64,000 nucleotides of DNA. Origin: Cyanophora paradoxa CCMP329. Lineage: Eukaryota > Plantae > Glaucophyta. Numbering within the stretch: the stretch's first letter is position 1; every line of letters starts with the position of its first letter. Below are positions 49,741-62,072 of the stretch, in pieces. The DNA lies in contig QPMI01000152.1 of NCBI GenBank assembly GCA_004431415.1, forward strand, positions 214,351 through 278,350, written 5' to 3'. Both the position numbers and the translations under genes were made by a program. Below the pieces are notes generated by a model. That model was not told where the DNA came from, did not search any database, and saw only the letters and a program-made list of their open reading frames with translations.

Positions 49741-50334
49741 ATGTCTGCACCAGAGTTCGAACAGGGCGCACCGCACGGGGGCCAGGCCGACGGCGCAGAC
49801 CGGCGGACAGCAGCGGACCACGAGGCAGAAGCCATCGCCGAGCAAGTGAACATCTCGAAGAAGAATATCCTTTACATGCTCAAGCGATGCGTGTGTTAGC
49901 CCCTTGATGCGCCTTTCCTTGACCCGCTCCCACTGTTCATCGGCGGCTTCTTCTTCCTGCCCTGGCTCTGGCTCGTCAACTGCATGTACTTCCGCCAGGC
50001 GTTGCTGTCCTCGTCGGGCAATCCCAGTGTCAAGCGATGTTCGCATCCTCCGCCTGCGCCGTGTGTTCCCCTCGACTGATTGCGCTCCCGCAGTTGTGAG
50101 GTGGAGCCTCGTCGGCTTCATCGTCGACACGATAGCGCTCATTGTCTGGCGCGCACCTCGTACGTCGGTTCTGGAGCGCGATCTGACTTCTTGGCAGGAT
50201 CGCTGTGTACCGCACCAACGAGAAAGCCCTGTCTGCAGTAAAGGTCAACCTGGACATCAATTCCTCAAGGTGCGCCAGCCCCGCCATGGCTCGGAAGGCC
50301 CCGCCTGAGCACTTCCACGCGCAGCTTCTTTTAG
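49741..50334 (+). CDS. PSENEN: Gamma-secretase subunit PEN-2
   Basis: After splicing: ...NISKKMFIGGFFFLPWLWLVNCMYFRQA...VKRFVRWSLVGFIVDTIALIVWIAVYRTN...SSSFF*, matching the PEN-2 GGF.FLP.LWLVN motif. Confidence 0.88.
49865..49933 (+). other. U12-type (minor spliceosome) AT-AC intron
   Basis: 5' site ATATCCTTT; branch TTTCCTTGAC 49914-49923; 3' site CAC. Removal restores the frame (A|TG = Met). Confidence 0.92.
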
Positions 50335-51129
50335 CCGCAGGGCCCGGCGCCCGCCGGGCCAGTCAGGGGCGGAGGCCCAAGAGCAGCAGTTGGGCCTGCT
50401 GCCCGTGTAATGGTCGCCTGGTGCTGTCCGTCTCTCTAATGCTTGTGCTCCAAGTGTTCTGTACAGTACATCGCTCTCTTCCGTTCTGAGCTTCTTCTCG
50501 CTCCCGGGGCCCTCGACTCCGGGCTCGCCGGGGGCGGGCGGGGGCCAGAGGAGGCGGGCCCCCCGGGGCGAGCCACGGCCCCGCAGCGGTGCCCCACCGC
50601 GAACAGGACGCCGTGCCTGCCCGGCGGCGGTGGCGCCGCCGCCGCCACGCAGCTTGCGGGCGCCGTGCGGGCGCCAGCGGGGGCCGGCCCGCCGCGCCGC
50701 GAGCTTTCCCCAGAAGGCCGCGCCGCCTCTGGCCCCCGCCGGACCGCGGCGAGCCCGTGCGCGCCCTCCCCTTGGCCGCCGGGCTGGCTTCCGGCGCCCT
50801 CAGCCTCGCTGCCGCCTGCACCAGCGCACCTCCGTCTTCGAGATGCGCATGCGGTCCGGCGCGGGCGAGGGTATCCTGCATGCGCGGCGGGGCGAGGCCC
50901 CAGCTTTGCAGCTTGGCTTCCTTCTCGCCGCCGGCGACGCCGCCACGGAGGAGAAGGATGAGAGCTCCAGGCGCGCGTGCGAGTGGCCGGCGCGCCAGCG
51001 CTAGCCCTAGGCCTAACGCGTGCGGACTGCTCTTGCAACTGCGCTTGCAATTGATCACGACTCGTCAGGTTCCTGTTCCTGCTTGCTCCGCGGGTCCCGC
51101 GTCCTCCCGTATGCCAGCGCCCCGGGGCC

Positions 51130-52140
51130 TTTAAATTTCCGAATATTAATCTGCAAAAATCTTTCTCTTCTTTCTTTCTTCTTTCTTCCAGAGCTCGAGC
51201 CTCTTTCCGAAGTCCACGTGTGCACGTGCATCCTGTAATTTCGAATACATGATCATGATCAGATTTCGCATGTCGAGATTTTGAATTTAAGCATGTCGAT
51301 ATTTCTTTGGTGCTTGAGAATGTCGTGTAATTGTGCCAAGTTGCCAAGTCTGTCAAAGCCTTGAAGGCTGTGTCGCAGTGCTGTGTTCGAAAAATCATTG
51401 AATTCCGAGTTCTTAGATTACTAGTTAATTCGGTACCACGGTACCGCAGAGCTCGCGATCGAGCTCGGAGTCGGGCCGCGGGCACTGCGGCACTGATCAT
51501 GATCGATATCATGATTATGATCATGAAGCCTTCAAGCGTATAAACAATGGCCCGGCGGCCAACTGCAAGGCACCGGGCAGAGCCTCGGAGGCTTGAATGG
51601 GACACTAGTACTGTCATGAGGGCGTACTAGTACAGTCCGACGGTCGGAGGCTTGAAGGCACTACCTCAGCCGTTATCATGAGGGCCTGGCTATCAGCCTG
51701 GCAGGGCCCGGGGCCCGCGGCCTGCTATAGCTAGGCCCTCGGGCCTGACTCAGTGAGCCTCGGAGGCCCTGAGGTTCAGCGGCTAAGCATCATGGCATTA
51801 AGTAATATTGCGGCACCGTGGCACCGTGGCACTGCGGCCTTCGCTTTCCAGCGTCTGACTCAATGATCATGATCATCATGGCATGAGCGATCTCAAAGTC
51901 TTTTGTCACAGTGCCTTGAGCCTCGGGGAAATTGTGACGCCATTCCATCGCGAAACTTGAAATGTCACATGACATCGAGTTTTCAAGTTTCATGCCACAG
52001 TCACTGATCAAATGCGCACTGCGCAGTGCCCCGTCAGGCCGCCGGGTCGTGCAGAAACCTGTAATTATCAGGCAGAAAGTGTCGGGCCCATGATGAATTC
52101 GATCTCAGGCGCCTGATCTGATCAGAGAATGCCGATATTT
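51130..52140. repeat. Lower-GC intergenic tract dense in short palindromes and inverted repeats
   Basis: For example GCACTGCGCAGTGC 52016-52029, TCAGGCGCCTGA 52105-52116, GAAACTTGAAA/TTTCAAGTTTC 51952-51991, and several ATGATCAT runs. Confidence 0.6.
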
Positions 52141-55100
52141 AACGTGGAATGCGACTAGAAAGCGGAAGGCGGCAAGGGGGACAGTATGCTACAGGGGGCG
52201 CCGCGGCACGCGTGCGGCCGCAGCTGCTGGGAGAGAGCTCGAGGCTGCGTGCGAGGTCCAGAGCCTCTGGCGAGGGGCTCAGGCGGGGGCGGCGGGGCGG
52301 CGCTGGGGGATGCGGAGGGCGCCGTGGGAGGAGAGGAAGGCGAGGAGGTCCTGCGCCATCGCCCGCGCCGTCTCCTGCGCCCCGCCCCGCTCCTGCCGCC
52401 CCCGTCAGTGGGGGTAGGAGGGGGGTGGGTGGGGAGGAGAAGGGGGGGTACCCTGGAGAGGGAGGTGGAGCGGCCGCGGGGGTCCCGGAAGCCGATCGGC
52501 GCCCCGTCGTCCTCCGAGGTCGCGTTCTCGGGGTACAGCGCCTTGAACCACGACGTGCTCTTGTACCCTGCGGGGGGCGCTCGCGATCGAAAGGGCGCCC
52601 GGGGCGCCGAACGAGCGGCGCGCCCCCGGCTGCAGCGCGCGCACCGGCGAGGGGGAAGTTGAGGCCGTCGCGCTCCGCCTTCTCGTGGCCCTGCGCGGGG
52701 CGGGCGGGGCGGTCGGGTCGGGGCCGGGCGGGGCGGGGCGGGGGCGGGCGGGGGTACCGCACCTTGACGGCGATGGAGATGGCGTCGTAGAAGCGGGCGG
52801 CGTCCACCGCGCTCTCCACCCGCCCCGAGTTGATCCGCACCCCCAGCCACCACGCCTGCGCATACCCCGCCCCGCCCCCTCAGCGTGGCCACAGCCAGGC
52901 TGTCCGAGCGCCGCCGCGGGGCCAGGCACCTGGGCGCGGAAGGAGCCGGACTTGGCGTCGACGCCGCGCCACTGCCGCTTGCCCCCGCCCCGCTTCCCCT
53001 TGCGCCCGTCGCTGCGCCCCCGGCCCCTCAGTGGGGGCGTCAAGGGAGGGAGGGAGGGGGCTGGGGGCGCGCCTGTCGTCCTCGAAGTCGCTCCCGCTCT
53101 CCGCCTCCGACCCGCTCCCCCCGCGCCCCTCCTTCTCCTCCTCCCCCTTCTTCTTCTTCTTCGCAGGGGGCCCGCCCCCGCCCCCGCCCCCGCCCCCGCC
53201 GCTCTGCTTCCGCTTGGCGCCGGAGGCGGAGCCCGAGGGCCCGGCGCGGGGCGGGGCGGCGGGGGCCTTGGGCTTGCGGGGCGCCTCCCCCGCCTCCTCC
53301 CCGTCGTCCGTCTCCGTCCGGTCGCTCTCCGCCCCGCCCCCGCCCCGGCCCCGGCCCCCCGACGAGCTCGCCCCGCGGCCGCCCCGCTCGAGGCGGCGGC
53401 CGCGCCGGCCGCCGGCCCGGCCCGCTCGGAGGCCTCGCCCTCGCTGCCGAAGCCGCTGGAGCTGGTGCTGGCGCTGCCGGCGCGGCGGCGGGCGGGGGCG
53501 GGGCCTTGCGGGGGACTTGGCGGGCCCCGGGGCCGGGGCGGCGGGCGGGGCGGGGGGCCCTGGGGGCCCCCGCCGCCCTTCCCGAAGTAGAGGAGGCGAT
53601 CGAAGGTGTCCGCCAGCTCCCCGTGCTTCGCCAGGAACTCGAACTGCGTAAAGCTCAGGGGACGGTGGGGAGGGGTGGGTGGGTGGGGCGGGGGGCCGGA
53701 CCGGCGGGGGCCCGTCGGGCCCCTCGGTGAGGGGCCGCCCGCCCCGCCCGAAGAGGGCGACGTAGAACGGCCGGTTCTCGTAGTCCGCAAGCGGGTAGTT
53801 CTGCCGCGCGCCGGGCGTGAGAGAGCGAGGCGAGGCGATGGATGGGGGCGGAGGTCGCCGACCAGCTTCTCGGCGACGGCGGGCCCGTTGCCGCGGGCGA
53901 CGAGGGAGGCCATGTCCTGGAGCCGCGCCGCGTCCTCCACCCGTTCGAAGAGGCGGCTCGAGAGGCGCACGCCCCGGTGGTTCACGCGGGCGCGGTACTT
54001 CCCCGACGGGTTCAGCTCCACACCCCGCGGCAGCGCCCCGCTCGCCCGCGCCGCCGCCTGCCCCGCCCCCGTCAGCCCAGACGCCGGCGGCGGCGCAGCG
54101 GACAAGGCAAGGCGCACGGGGCGGGGCGTGGCGCGGGGCGGGGGCGAGCGGGAGGCGGAGGAGGCTTCGGAGGAGGATACGGAGGAGCGGCCGGAGGAGG
54201 AGGAGGCGGAGGAGGAGGCGGCGGGTGAGGAGGCCTCGCCGCCATCGGACGAGGAGGAGGCGCGGGCGTCGTCGTCCGAGTCGGAGTGGCGGCCGGGGCC
54301 GGCGAGGCGGCGGCGGGGCGGGCCGGCGGCGCCCTCGCCCTCGGAGCCCGAGCCGGCGGGGGCGGGGGCGGGGCGGGAGAGCTCCCACGCGTCCCCGCCA
54401 TCGCCTCCAGGGCGAGGGCCGCCGCCAGCCAGCGCTCCACCCGCGCCACCGGCGCATCCCCGGGCCCGCCCTCGCGCATCTCCCCCTCCAGGGCCCCCGC
54501 CGAGCGCAGGAAGGCGAGCAGGCGGCCGGGGGCCTCGGCGCCCGGCAGGCGGGCGCCCCGCAGGCGTTGGAAGAACTCCTCGCCCCGGTACGAGGCGATG
54601 GGGAAGTTGAGCCCGTGCCGCTCCGCCCGCTCGGGCCCCCGCGCCGCGATCGCCGCCCGGTCCGCGAAGCGCGCCGCCGCCTCCGCCGAGGCGAAGAGCG
54701 CGCAGGCGGGGCCAGGGCCCGGGGCGAGCTTGCGCGAGGCGAGGCGGCCGCGCCAGCGGCCCTCCCCCGCCGCCTCCACCCCGCGGAACGTCTCCAGGGG
54801 CGCCGGCGGCGGCTTCGGGGCCCCGGCGGGCGCCCGCGCCTGCGCAGCGCCGGGCCGCCCTCCTCGGGGACGAGGCAGCCTCGGCGCCGCCCTCCCCGCG
54901 CCCGCCCCGGCCCCGCCGCACCCGCCGCCGCCGGCTGCTGCTGCGCCCTGCGCCGCCGGGCGTCAGAAGAGACCGGGTGGGGCGGGGCGGAGCGGGGGGC
55001 ACCGGGGGCGGGCGGGGCTCGGGGGCGGGAGGTGCGCGAAGAACTTCTTAGAGCTGCCTGCGCGCGAGGCGTACGCGCGTCGGAGACGGAGAGAAAGGCC

Positions 55101-57782
55101 GGTGGGACGGGGCGGGGCGGGCCTGGGGTGTCGCCGAGGGCCATCTCCCGCCGCACCTCCAGCGCCGCGCTCAGCGGCCGCACCTGCCGCCCCCGCTCCG
55201 ACTCAGACCCGCTTCCTGGCGCCGAGTTGGCCGAGCGCTGACCTTGGCGAGGGGCAGCCAGCGGTCGTAGCGGGCGCTCCAGCCGAGCCAGTGGACGCGC
55301 ACGCCGCGCCCCCCGGGGCCCGCCTCCACCGCCAGCACCCGCGCCGGGAAGGCCCCCTGCGCGGCGTCAGGCGGGCGGCAAGGCGCGGGCGGCGCTCCTC
55401 CCGCGGGCGCGGGAACCTTGGAGTCGACGTCGTCGATGGCGATCACGTCGTCGTTCACCTCCGGCACGTACGCGCTCGAGCCGGACTCGCCCGGTGCCGC
55501 CGCCGCCGCCGCCGCCGCCGGCGAGGGCGACGCGTCCATTGGATCGGCCGGGGCCGCCGGCGCCACCGCCGCCGCCGGCGTCTCCGCCGCCTCGGCCGCC
55601 GGCGTCTCGGCGGGTGCCGGCGGGGCGGCCTCGGGGGCTCCGGGGCGGGCTCGGGGATCTCGACCTTGATCTCGACGACGGGCCCCGCGCTGCCGGCGCT
55701 GCCGGCGCTGCAGCCCGAGGCGCGGGACTCGGATGCCTCGCTGGCGCGCGCCTCCTCGCCCTCCTCGCACTCCACCCGCACCTCCGGCTCGCTCGCCGCC
55801 CCGTCCGATCCGCCCCACACCGCCTCCTCCTTCACCACCGGCCCCGCCCCCGCCGCCGCCGACGGCCGATCCTCCGCCGCCGGCGCCGGTGCTGACGCCG
55901 ACGCCGACGCCGCCGAGTCGGCCGGGGCGGGGCGGAGGGCAGGGCCGGGGCGGGGCCGGGGCCGGGGCGGGCCGGGGCCGGGCCGGGGGCAAGAAGGCGG
56001 GGCCAGCGTCGACCATCGGCTCGTCCTCCTGCGGCTCCGCCTCCCGACGGCCGCCTGCGCAGCGTCAGGCGGAGGCGCAGGCGAGCGGAGAGGGGGCGGG
56101 CGGGGCGGGGCGGACGATGCGGTGGCCGCGGAGGCCGCGGGCGAGGCGGACGAGATCGGAGCACTCGGGGCAGCGCCCCGCCGGCGAGCAGGCCATGCAG
56201 CGCGCGCCGCCCCGCAGCAGCTGCTGCCGCAGCGCCGCCAGCAGCGTCCGCGCCTCCCGCCCCAGCGCGCCCCCGCGAAGGGCGCCCCGCCGCCTGCGCC
56301 CCGGCCCGGCTCGCGATCGCGGCCTCACGGGGCGGGCGGCGGGGCGCACGCGGCGGGCGGCGGCGAGGCAGAGGGGCGGGTGGGGACGGTGCGCCGCGGG
56401 GCCACGCCGGCGTCGGCCAGGGCCTACGGCGGCGGCCTCAGGGCCCGCTCGAAGGAGCGGGCGGGCGGGCGGGGCGGGCGGGCCTGGGCGGCGGCGAGGG
56501 CGCAGGGGAGGGCGGGGAGGGGCAGATAGTCCCAGGAGAAGAGGAGGGAGGGCTCCAGGAGGACCCACTGCACCGCGAAGCCGCACGGCAGCACCACTGC
56601 CCGCCCGTCAGCGCGGCTGCCGCCGGCGTGGCGGGGCGGGGGTGGGGCGCGGACCGTGGCGCGCGGCGGGGACGACGAAGAGGTACGGGCGGGGAGGAGG
56701 GCCTGCGGGCCGGGCGGCGCCTGCGCGGGGTCAGCGGCGGGGCCGGCGGGGGGCCGGGGCGAAGGAGGGAGGGCGGGCGGGCCTCCTTGTCGAGGACGGA
56801 GGCGATGTGGCCGGCAAAGACGAGCGACTTGAGCTGCGCGCCCCGCTCGAGCTCCGGGGCGCCGGTGGCGGGGCGGGGGCGGGGCGGGGGCGGGGCGGGC
56901 CTCCTGGGCGGTCCAGACGAGGAAGAGGGCGCTGCCGCGGACCACGTGGATGACCGCCAGGGCACCTGCAGCGCCGGCTCGGCCCCGCCCGGCGCGGCCC
57001 GGCGCGCGGGGGAAGGAAGGCGGGGCGCACCGCTGGAGGGGACGTGCGGGGCGCAGGCGGCGCCGCGCCCGCCGAAGGCGAGCGAGCGGCGGGTGCTCCA
57101 GGCGCGCTCGCCCTCGGGCAGCGCGGCCGACTCGTCGGCGAGGACGCTCGGGGCGGCGAGGGCGCGGGGCAGGCCCGTGCCCGAGTGCATCCAGTCAAAG
57201 TCCACCTCCCAGGCGCCCGCCGCGTCGAGGCCCGCCCTGGCCGCTGATCAGCGCGACCGGCGACGAGGGAGCGCGGCGCGCACCGGAGCAGGCGCGGGAT
57301 CTCCTCGACGGCGGGGGCGGGGGGAGTCACGTGGGGGGCGGCGATCCGGCGGAGCGCGCTGATCGCGGGCTTCACGGCGGCCGCGGAGGCCCCTACCAGA
57401 GCTGCTTCCAGGGCCGCCTCCCACCGCAGCACGCCCCCGCCCGATGACAGGGCGTTCGCACCCAGAACGACCACATCGGGGGTCGGACCGCACACCTGGG
57501 CAAGCGCCGTCGGCGCGGGCGCAGAATGGAAGAGAAACCGCGCACCGATTCAACGAGGGCCTCGTGCGACAGATCGCTCGGCAGGGTTTCCGCAGCGAGC
57601 GGCAGGGAGGCGCTGCTCCAGATCGGCGCGTGGCCTCCGCCCCCCGGGGGATCGGCAGCGCATTGCGGCCCCAAAGACTCCTCCTGCAGCGCAATGTACG
57701 CGCGCAGGGCGTCTCCGGTCTCGTCGAATGTCGCCCCGCCCCCCATTCCACCCACAGCTGCGGGTATCTCGCTGGAGCTCAT
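52139..57782 (-). CDS. Tudor-knot (chromo-barrel) + three AP2/ERF-like DNA-binding domains; 3' end approximate
   Basis: Tudor-knot FPARVLAVE..GVRVHWLGWSARYDRWLP (~55470-55240). AP2-like repeats: FRGV..GRWRGR..FASAEAAARFADRAAIAARG..LNFP (~54790-54590), PRGV..GKYRARV..FERVEDAARLQD..NYP (~54030-53790), WRGV..FRAQ..ESAVDAARFYDAISI..LNFP (~52970-52650). Confidence 0.72.
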
Positions 57783-57931
57783 TGGAGCTGGAGCAAGTGT
57801 AGGGGGCAGCTCATGATGAGGAGAGGAGCGGGCACGCCATCGGACACTGGTCAGTCTGCGGGTCCCGCGTATGTACCCGGCCCCGGGGGGTACACGCACG
57901 TCGTGGCGTTGCAGAGCGCGGCGCTGGGAAG

Positions 57932-60900
57932 ATGTTCGAGGGCATAATCAAGAATGTCCTCGACAAATATGCGAAGGGTGCGAACCAGCGGGTCACCTAG
58001 CGCACACGTGGCGGCCATAACGGACGGCGGCCGCTCTGCGCGCCCCTATGCGTCGCCGACGGGCGGACGGACACAAGCACGCGCAGTTTATAGTGTAGCA
58101 TTGAAGGGCGGTGATTTGGGCTCCACCAGCGGCGTCGAATCTGACGCTATTGCCGCGCAGAGTATTTCTCAAACCTGGACAAGACCAACCTGGACATAGG
58201 CATGCTGCTTCTTTGAGAGTTTGTTTGCTTCCAAAACATCTGCTTAGACGCTCGACAGGCCTGTTCAGCGGCGAGGTTGTGCTTGACAACCTTGAGATCA
58301 ACCCGAAGGCGCTTGACAACATCAGCGTCCCCTTCAAGATCGTATCCGGTACGCAGTCAAGCGCGTGCCGCGCGCCTGCGCGCCGACCGTCGACCGCACT
58401 GCAGGCTTCGTGCACAAGGTTCACATCGTCGTCCCGTGGACGAGCCTGTCGAGCAGCGCGATTCGCGTGAATCTCGATGGCGTGTACATGGTGCGTTTGC
58501 GCGACTCTCGCCTCTTCAGCGCATCGGTTGACGCCCGCCCGCCAGGTCATCAAGGTCCAGGCGGACCCGGCTAAGGTCTGCCCGCCGTCGCCCGTTGACC
58601 CGCGCGTCCCTATAAGCCCCGTGTTCGCAGAGTGCTGCCCGCGGCCAGGAGGACAAGCGGGCGGCCCTGCAAAAGTTCGGCAAGACCATCCTGACGACCC
58701 TCTACCCGCCCACCGAGGGTGCCCTCCGCCCAGCCGCCACGATCGCCGCCTCCGCCGCCGCCGCCGCCGCCGCCGCCGCCGAGCTGAGCGTGGGGGGCGC
58801 GCGCAGGGGAGCGGAAGGCGCCGCCGCCGCTGGTGGAGAAGATCATCGACAACATCGAGATCAACATCGCGAACATCCACATCCGCATCGAGGACGACGA
58901 CACGCGCAACGAGGCTGTGCTCACCAAGTACCCGATCGACCCGACGAAGAAGGGGGAGCACCACTACTTCGCGCTGGGGATCACGCTGCCGAGTTTCCAG
59001 CTGACGACGGACAAGAGCCGCGGCAAGGCCGTCAAGCTCCTCCGCCTCCACGGCCTCGCCTACTACCTCGACTACAAGTGCGTCGCCCGGCGCCCGGCGC
59101 CGGCGGGGCCCCGCCCTGACTTGGGCGGGGCAGGCCGCAGCGGATGCTCTCGCGAGAGGCCCTCTCGGTGCCGATCATGATGGACTTCTTCCAGAGCAGC
59201 CAGAAGAGCGCGCGGGTGGCGGCCGAGAGCCAGTACAGGGTCCAGCAGGCGACGGCCGCGAAGCACCACGACTACATCCTCAGCCCGATCGCCGTGCGGG
59301 GCGAGATCGTCGCCGAGTACGACGCGGTGACGGGCCTCATGTTCGACGTGAAGATCGGCGTGCTGGACCCCGTCACCCTCACCACCGACAAGCGCCAGTT
59401 CGACTGCCTCCAGGCCCTCGGCATGGCCATCGCCTCGTTCAACCGCTACGGCGTGCACCACGCGATGCGACCGAAGCGGCGGCCCCAGGCGGGGCCGCAG
59501 ACGCCCCACGGGAAGAACAGGCACCACGCCGTCGACGAGGCGAACATCTCCTCCGCCCGCGCCTGGTGGCGCTTCGCCAGTGCGCCGCCCCCGGCCCGCC
59601 CCGGCCGCCGTCGGCCGGCCCTGAGCTGAGCGCTCGCCGCAGAGCACTGCATCGCGACGGACATCGCGCAGGGGAAGCGCCCGACCTTCAAGACGATCCT
59701 GGAGAAGATCAGGAAGCGGGAGAAGTACGTGCACCTGGCGACGCTGTACGGCAAGGAGAAGATCAAGGAGCTGCGGGCCCAGATGAACAAGATCGAGGAG
59801 GAGCTGACGACGCAGGAGATCTGCATGTACCGCATGCAGGTCGCGGAGGACCTTGTCGTCGAGGGCCTCGAGGTCGCCGTCGACAAGAGCGGCCGCCCCG
59901 TCGCCAAGCGCCAGCTCCTCCAGGACGCCACCGCCGCCGCCGAGATGATGGCCAAGATGCCCCAGGTCGCCTGGCGCAAGACCGGCGACCTCCTCACAGG
60001 CATCGACGTCCAGTCGGCGCTGCGGGGCGACATGGCGGGGGCCTTCAAGGGCGCCCAGGACGTCTTCAAGGCCGCCCCGCCGCCCGTCGTCGTCGTGGCG
60101 CCCCGGCGCGTGGCCAAGGAGGAGGCCGAGCAGAAGCGCTCCGCCGTCCGCGAGTTCACCGCCGCCCACAACGTCCGCCCCGCCCCGCCCCGCCCCGCGC
60201 GGCGCGGCGGCCCCCGATCGGAGCGGTGCCTGAGCGCGCCGCCCCTCGCAGCCGGTGCAGGCGAAGGTGCAGCTGCTCGTGCGCTCGGTGGCGATCACGC
60301 TGCACGCCGTCAACTCTCGCCGCCGCCTCCGCGCCAACGCGTCCATGGCGCGCCCGTGCCCCGCTCGCTCCCCCCGCGGGGCGCGCCTGACGGGCCGGCC
60401 CCGCAGTCGGCGTACAACCAGGAGCAGGCGTACCAGACCGTCGTCGAGAAGCCGCGGATCCTGTACACGCAGGTGATGGACGTCAAGATGTTCGCCGAGA
60501 AGCGCGTCAACTCCGTCAAGGTCCGCCCGCCCCCGCGCGCCGCCGCCCGCCCCGCCCCGCCTGACGGGCGGGGGGCAGCTGGACCTGGCTGTCCACGACG
60601 TCGCCGTCTGGCTCCCCAGCGGCCAGGCCTCCCACCCCCTCCTCTCCCGCCAGCCCGTGCCCCCGCCTCCCCCACCCCCGCCCCCGCCCCGGGGCGCGGC
60701 TGAGCGGGGGCGGGCAGCCGGACGAGGAGCGGCCGGACGCGGCGCGCGAGGACCAGCCGTTCCTGCGGGTGGCGATGGAGGCGATCCAGGTGCCCCAGAA
60801 GCTCGACGAGTGGGGCGCCGCCGTCACCGTCGTCCCCGTGCTGCTCATCCCCTACGAGCCGGGCCTCGTGGACCTGACGGGCTTCTTCAAGTTCACGCCC

Positions 60901-62072
60901 ATCCGCTACAAGGTCTCGGCCTGGTCCGGCTTCGTGCCGCCCCAGGTCTCGGCCCTCCTCAAGTCGGACCACCTCGTGCGCGTCTCGGTGCTCGGCGTCC
61001 GCGTCGTCGGCCTCCCCGGGCAGGGCGGCGCCATGAAGTCGGCCGTCGTCAACATCCCGGGCCTCGAGCTCTCCTACCGCAACCGCTTCTTCCTCTCCGT
61101 CCGCAAGTTCGCCAAGCACCTCCTCGCCCTCCGCGCCCGCATGGCCGCCGGCGGCAAGGACGACGCGCTCGCCAACGTGTGGGACACCCTCACCACAGTC
61201 GCGGGGGCGCCCTCCTCCCCCTTTGGCTCTCCGGCCCCGACCCGCCGCCCCTCGTTCACCCGCTCCGGCGCCTCGGGCCCCGTCGCGGGCCGCGCGATGC
61301 CGGGCGTGCCGCCCATCCCGGAGCTGGGGCGCTCGGGCCCCGGGAGCGAGGCGGGGGAGGAGGTGGAGATGGAGGACCTGGACATGGAGGAGGACCCGCG
61401 GGCGCACGCCGTGGAGCAGGCGCGGCGCGAGGCGGCGTACCTGCGCGAGCACATCGACCAGCTCCGCCGCGCCCTCGACGAGGAGCGCCGCCGCTCCGCG
61501 CAGCAGGCCCGGGGCGCCCCGCCCGGCGCCCCCGCGCCCCCGAGCGTCGCCAGCAGCATCTACTCCACCCCCGTCCACCAGCAGCCCGCCCGCCCCTCCT
61601 ACGGCCTCGGCGGGTCCGTTTCCGCCGCCCCGCCCCCCGCCCCCGCCCCGCCCCCGCCGCCGCTCACCGGCGTGGGGCGGGGCAGGCACGCGGTGGAGCG
61701 GGGCCCGGCGCAGGGCGAGAGCTCCGAGCAGCTGATCGCCGAGAACCGGCGCCTCCGCTCCCGCAACGAGGTCCGCCCCGCCGCCGCAGGGGCGCGCCCG
61801 GCGCAGCCGCTGAGGGGCGGGGCGGGGGCAGGACCTGCAGCGCGAGGTCGACGAGCTGCGCGCCGTCCTCTCCTCGACCGCCTCCCTCGGCACCGGCGCC
61901 CGCGCCACGCCCCACTCCCGCCGCAGTCCGCCCCGACCCGCCCCCCTCCAACCCGCCCCCCGCCTCCGACGCGGGGCGGGCGGGCGCAGAGCAGGCGCAG
62001 GGGTACGCGGAGGAGGAGGAGCGCAGCACGAGCTGCCTCCCGGTCGACTTCAAGAGCTTCCTGTGCGCGTAG
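57932..62072 (+). CDS. Chorein-N (VPS13/BLTP family N-terminal domain) protein, short form
   Basis: MFEGIIKNVLDKYAKEYFSNLDKTNLDIGLFSGEVVLDNLEIN..VPWTSL..IRVNLDGVY; KIIDNIEINIANIHIRIED; ARAWWRFA; ends with a coiled coil and SCLPVDFKSFLCA*. Confidence 0.85.

Noticed and set aside
50363-51058. GC-rich ORFs downstream of PEN-2
   Set aside because: No recognisable domain or consistent exon structure.
57779-57814. 11-codon uORF whose TGA overlaps the AP2 gene ATG
   Set aside because: Transcription start and true start codon are unknown; easily chance.
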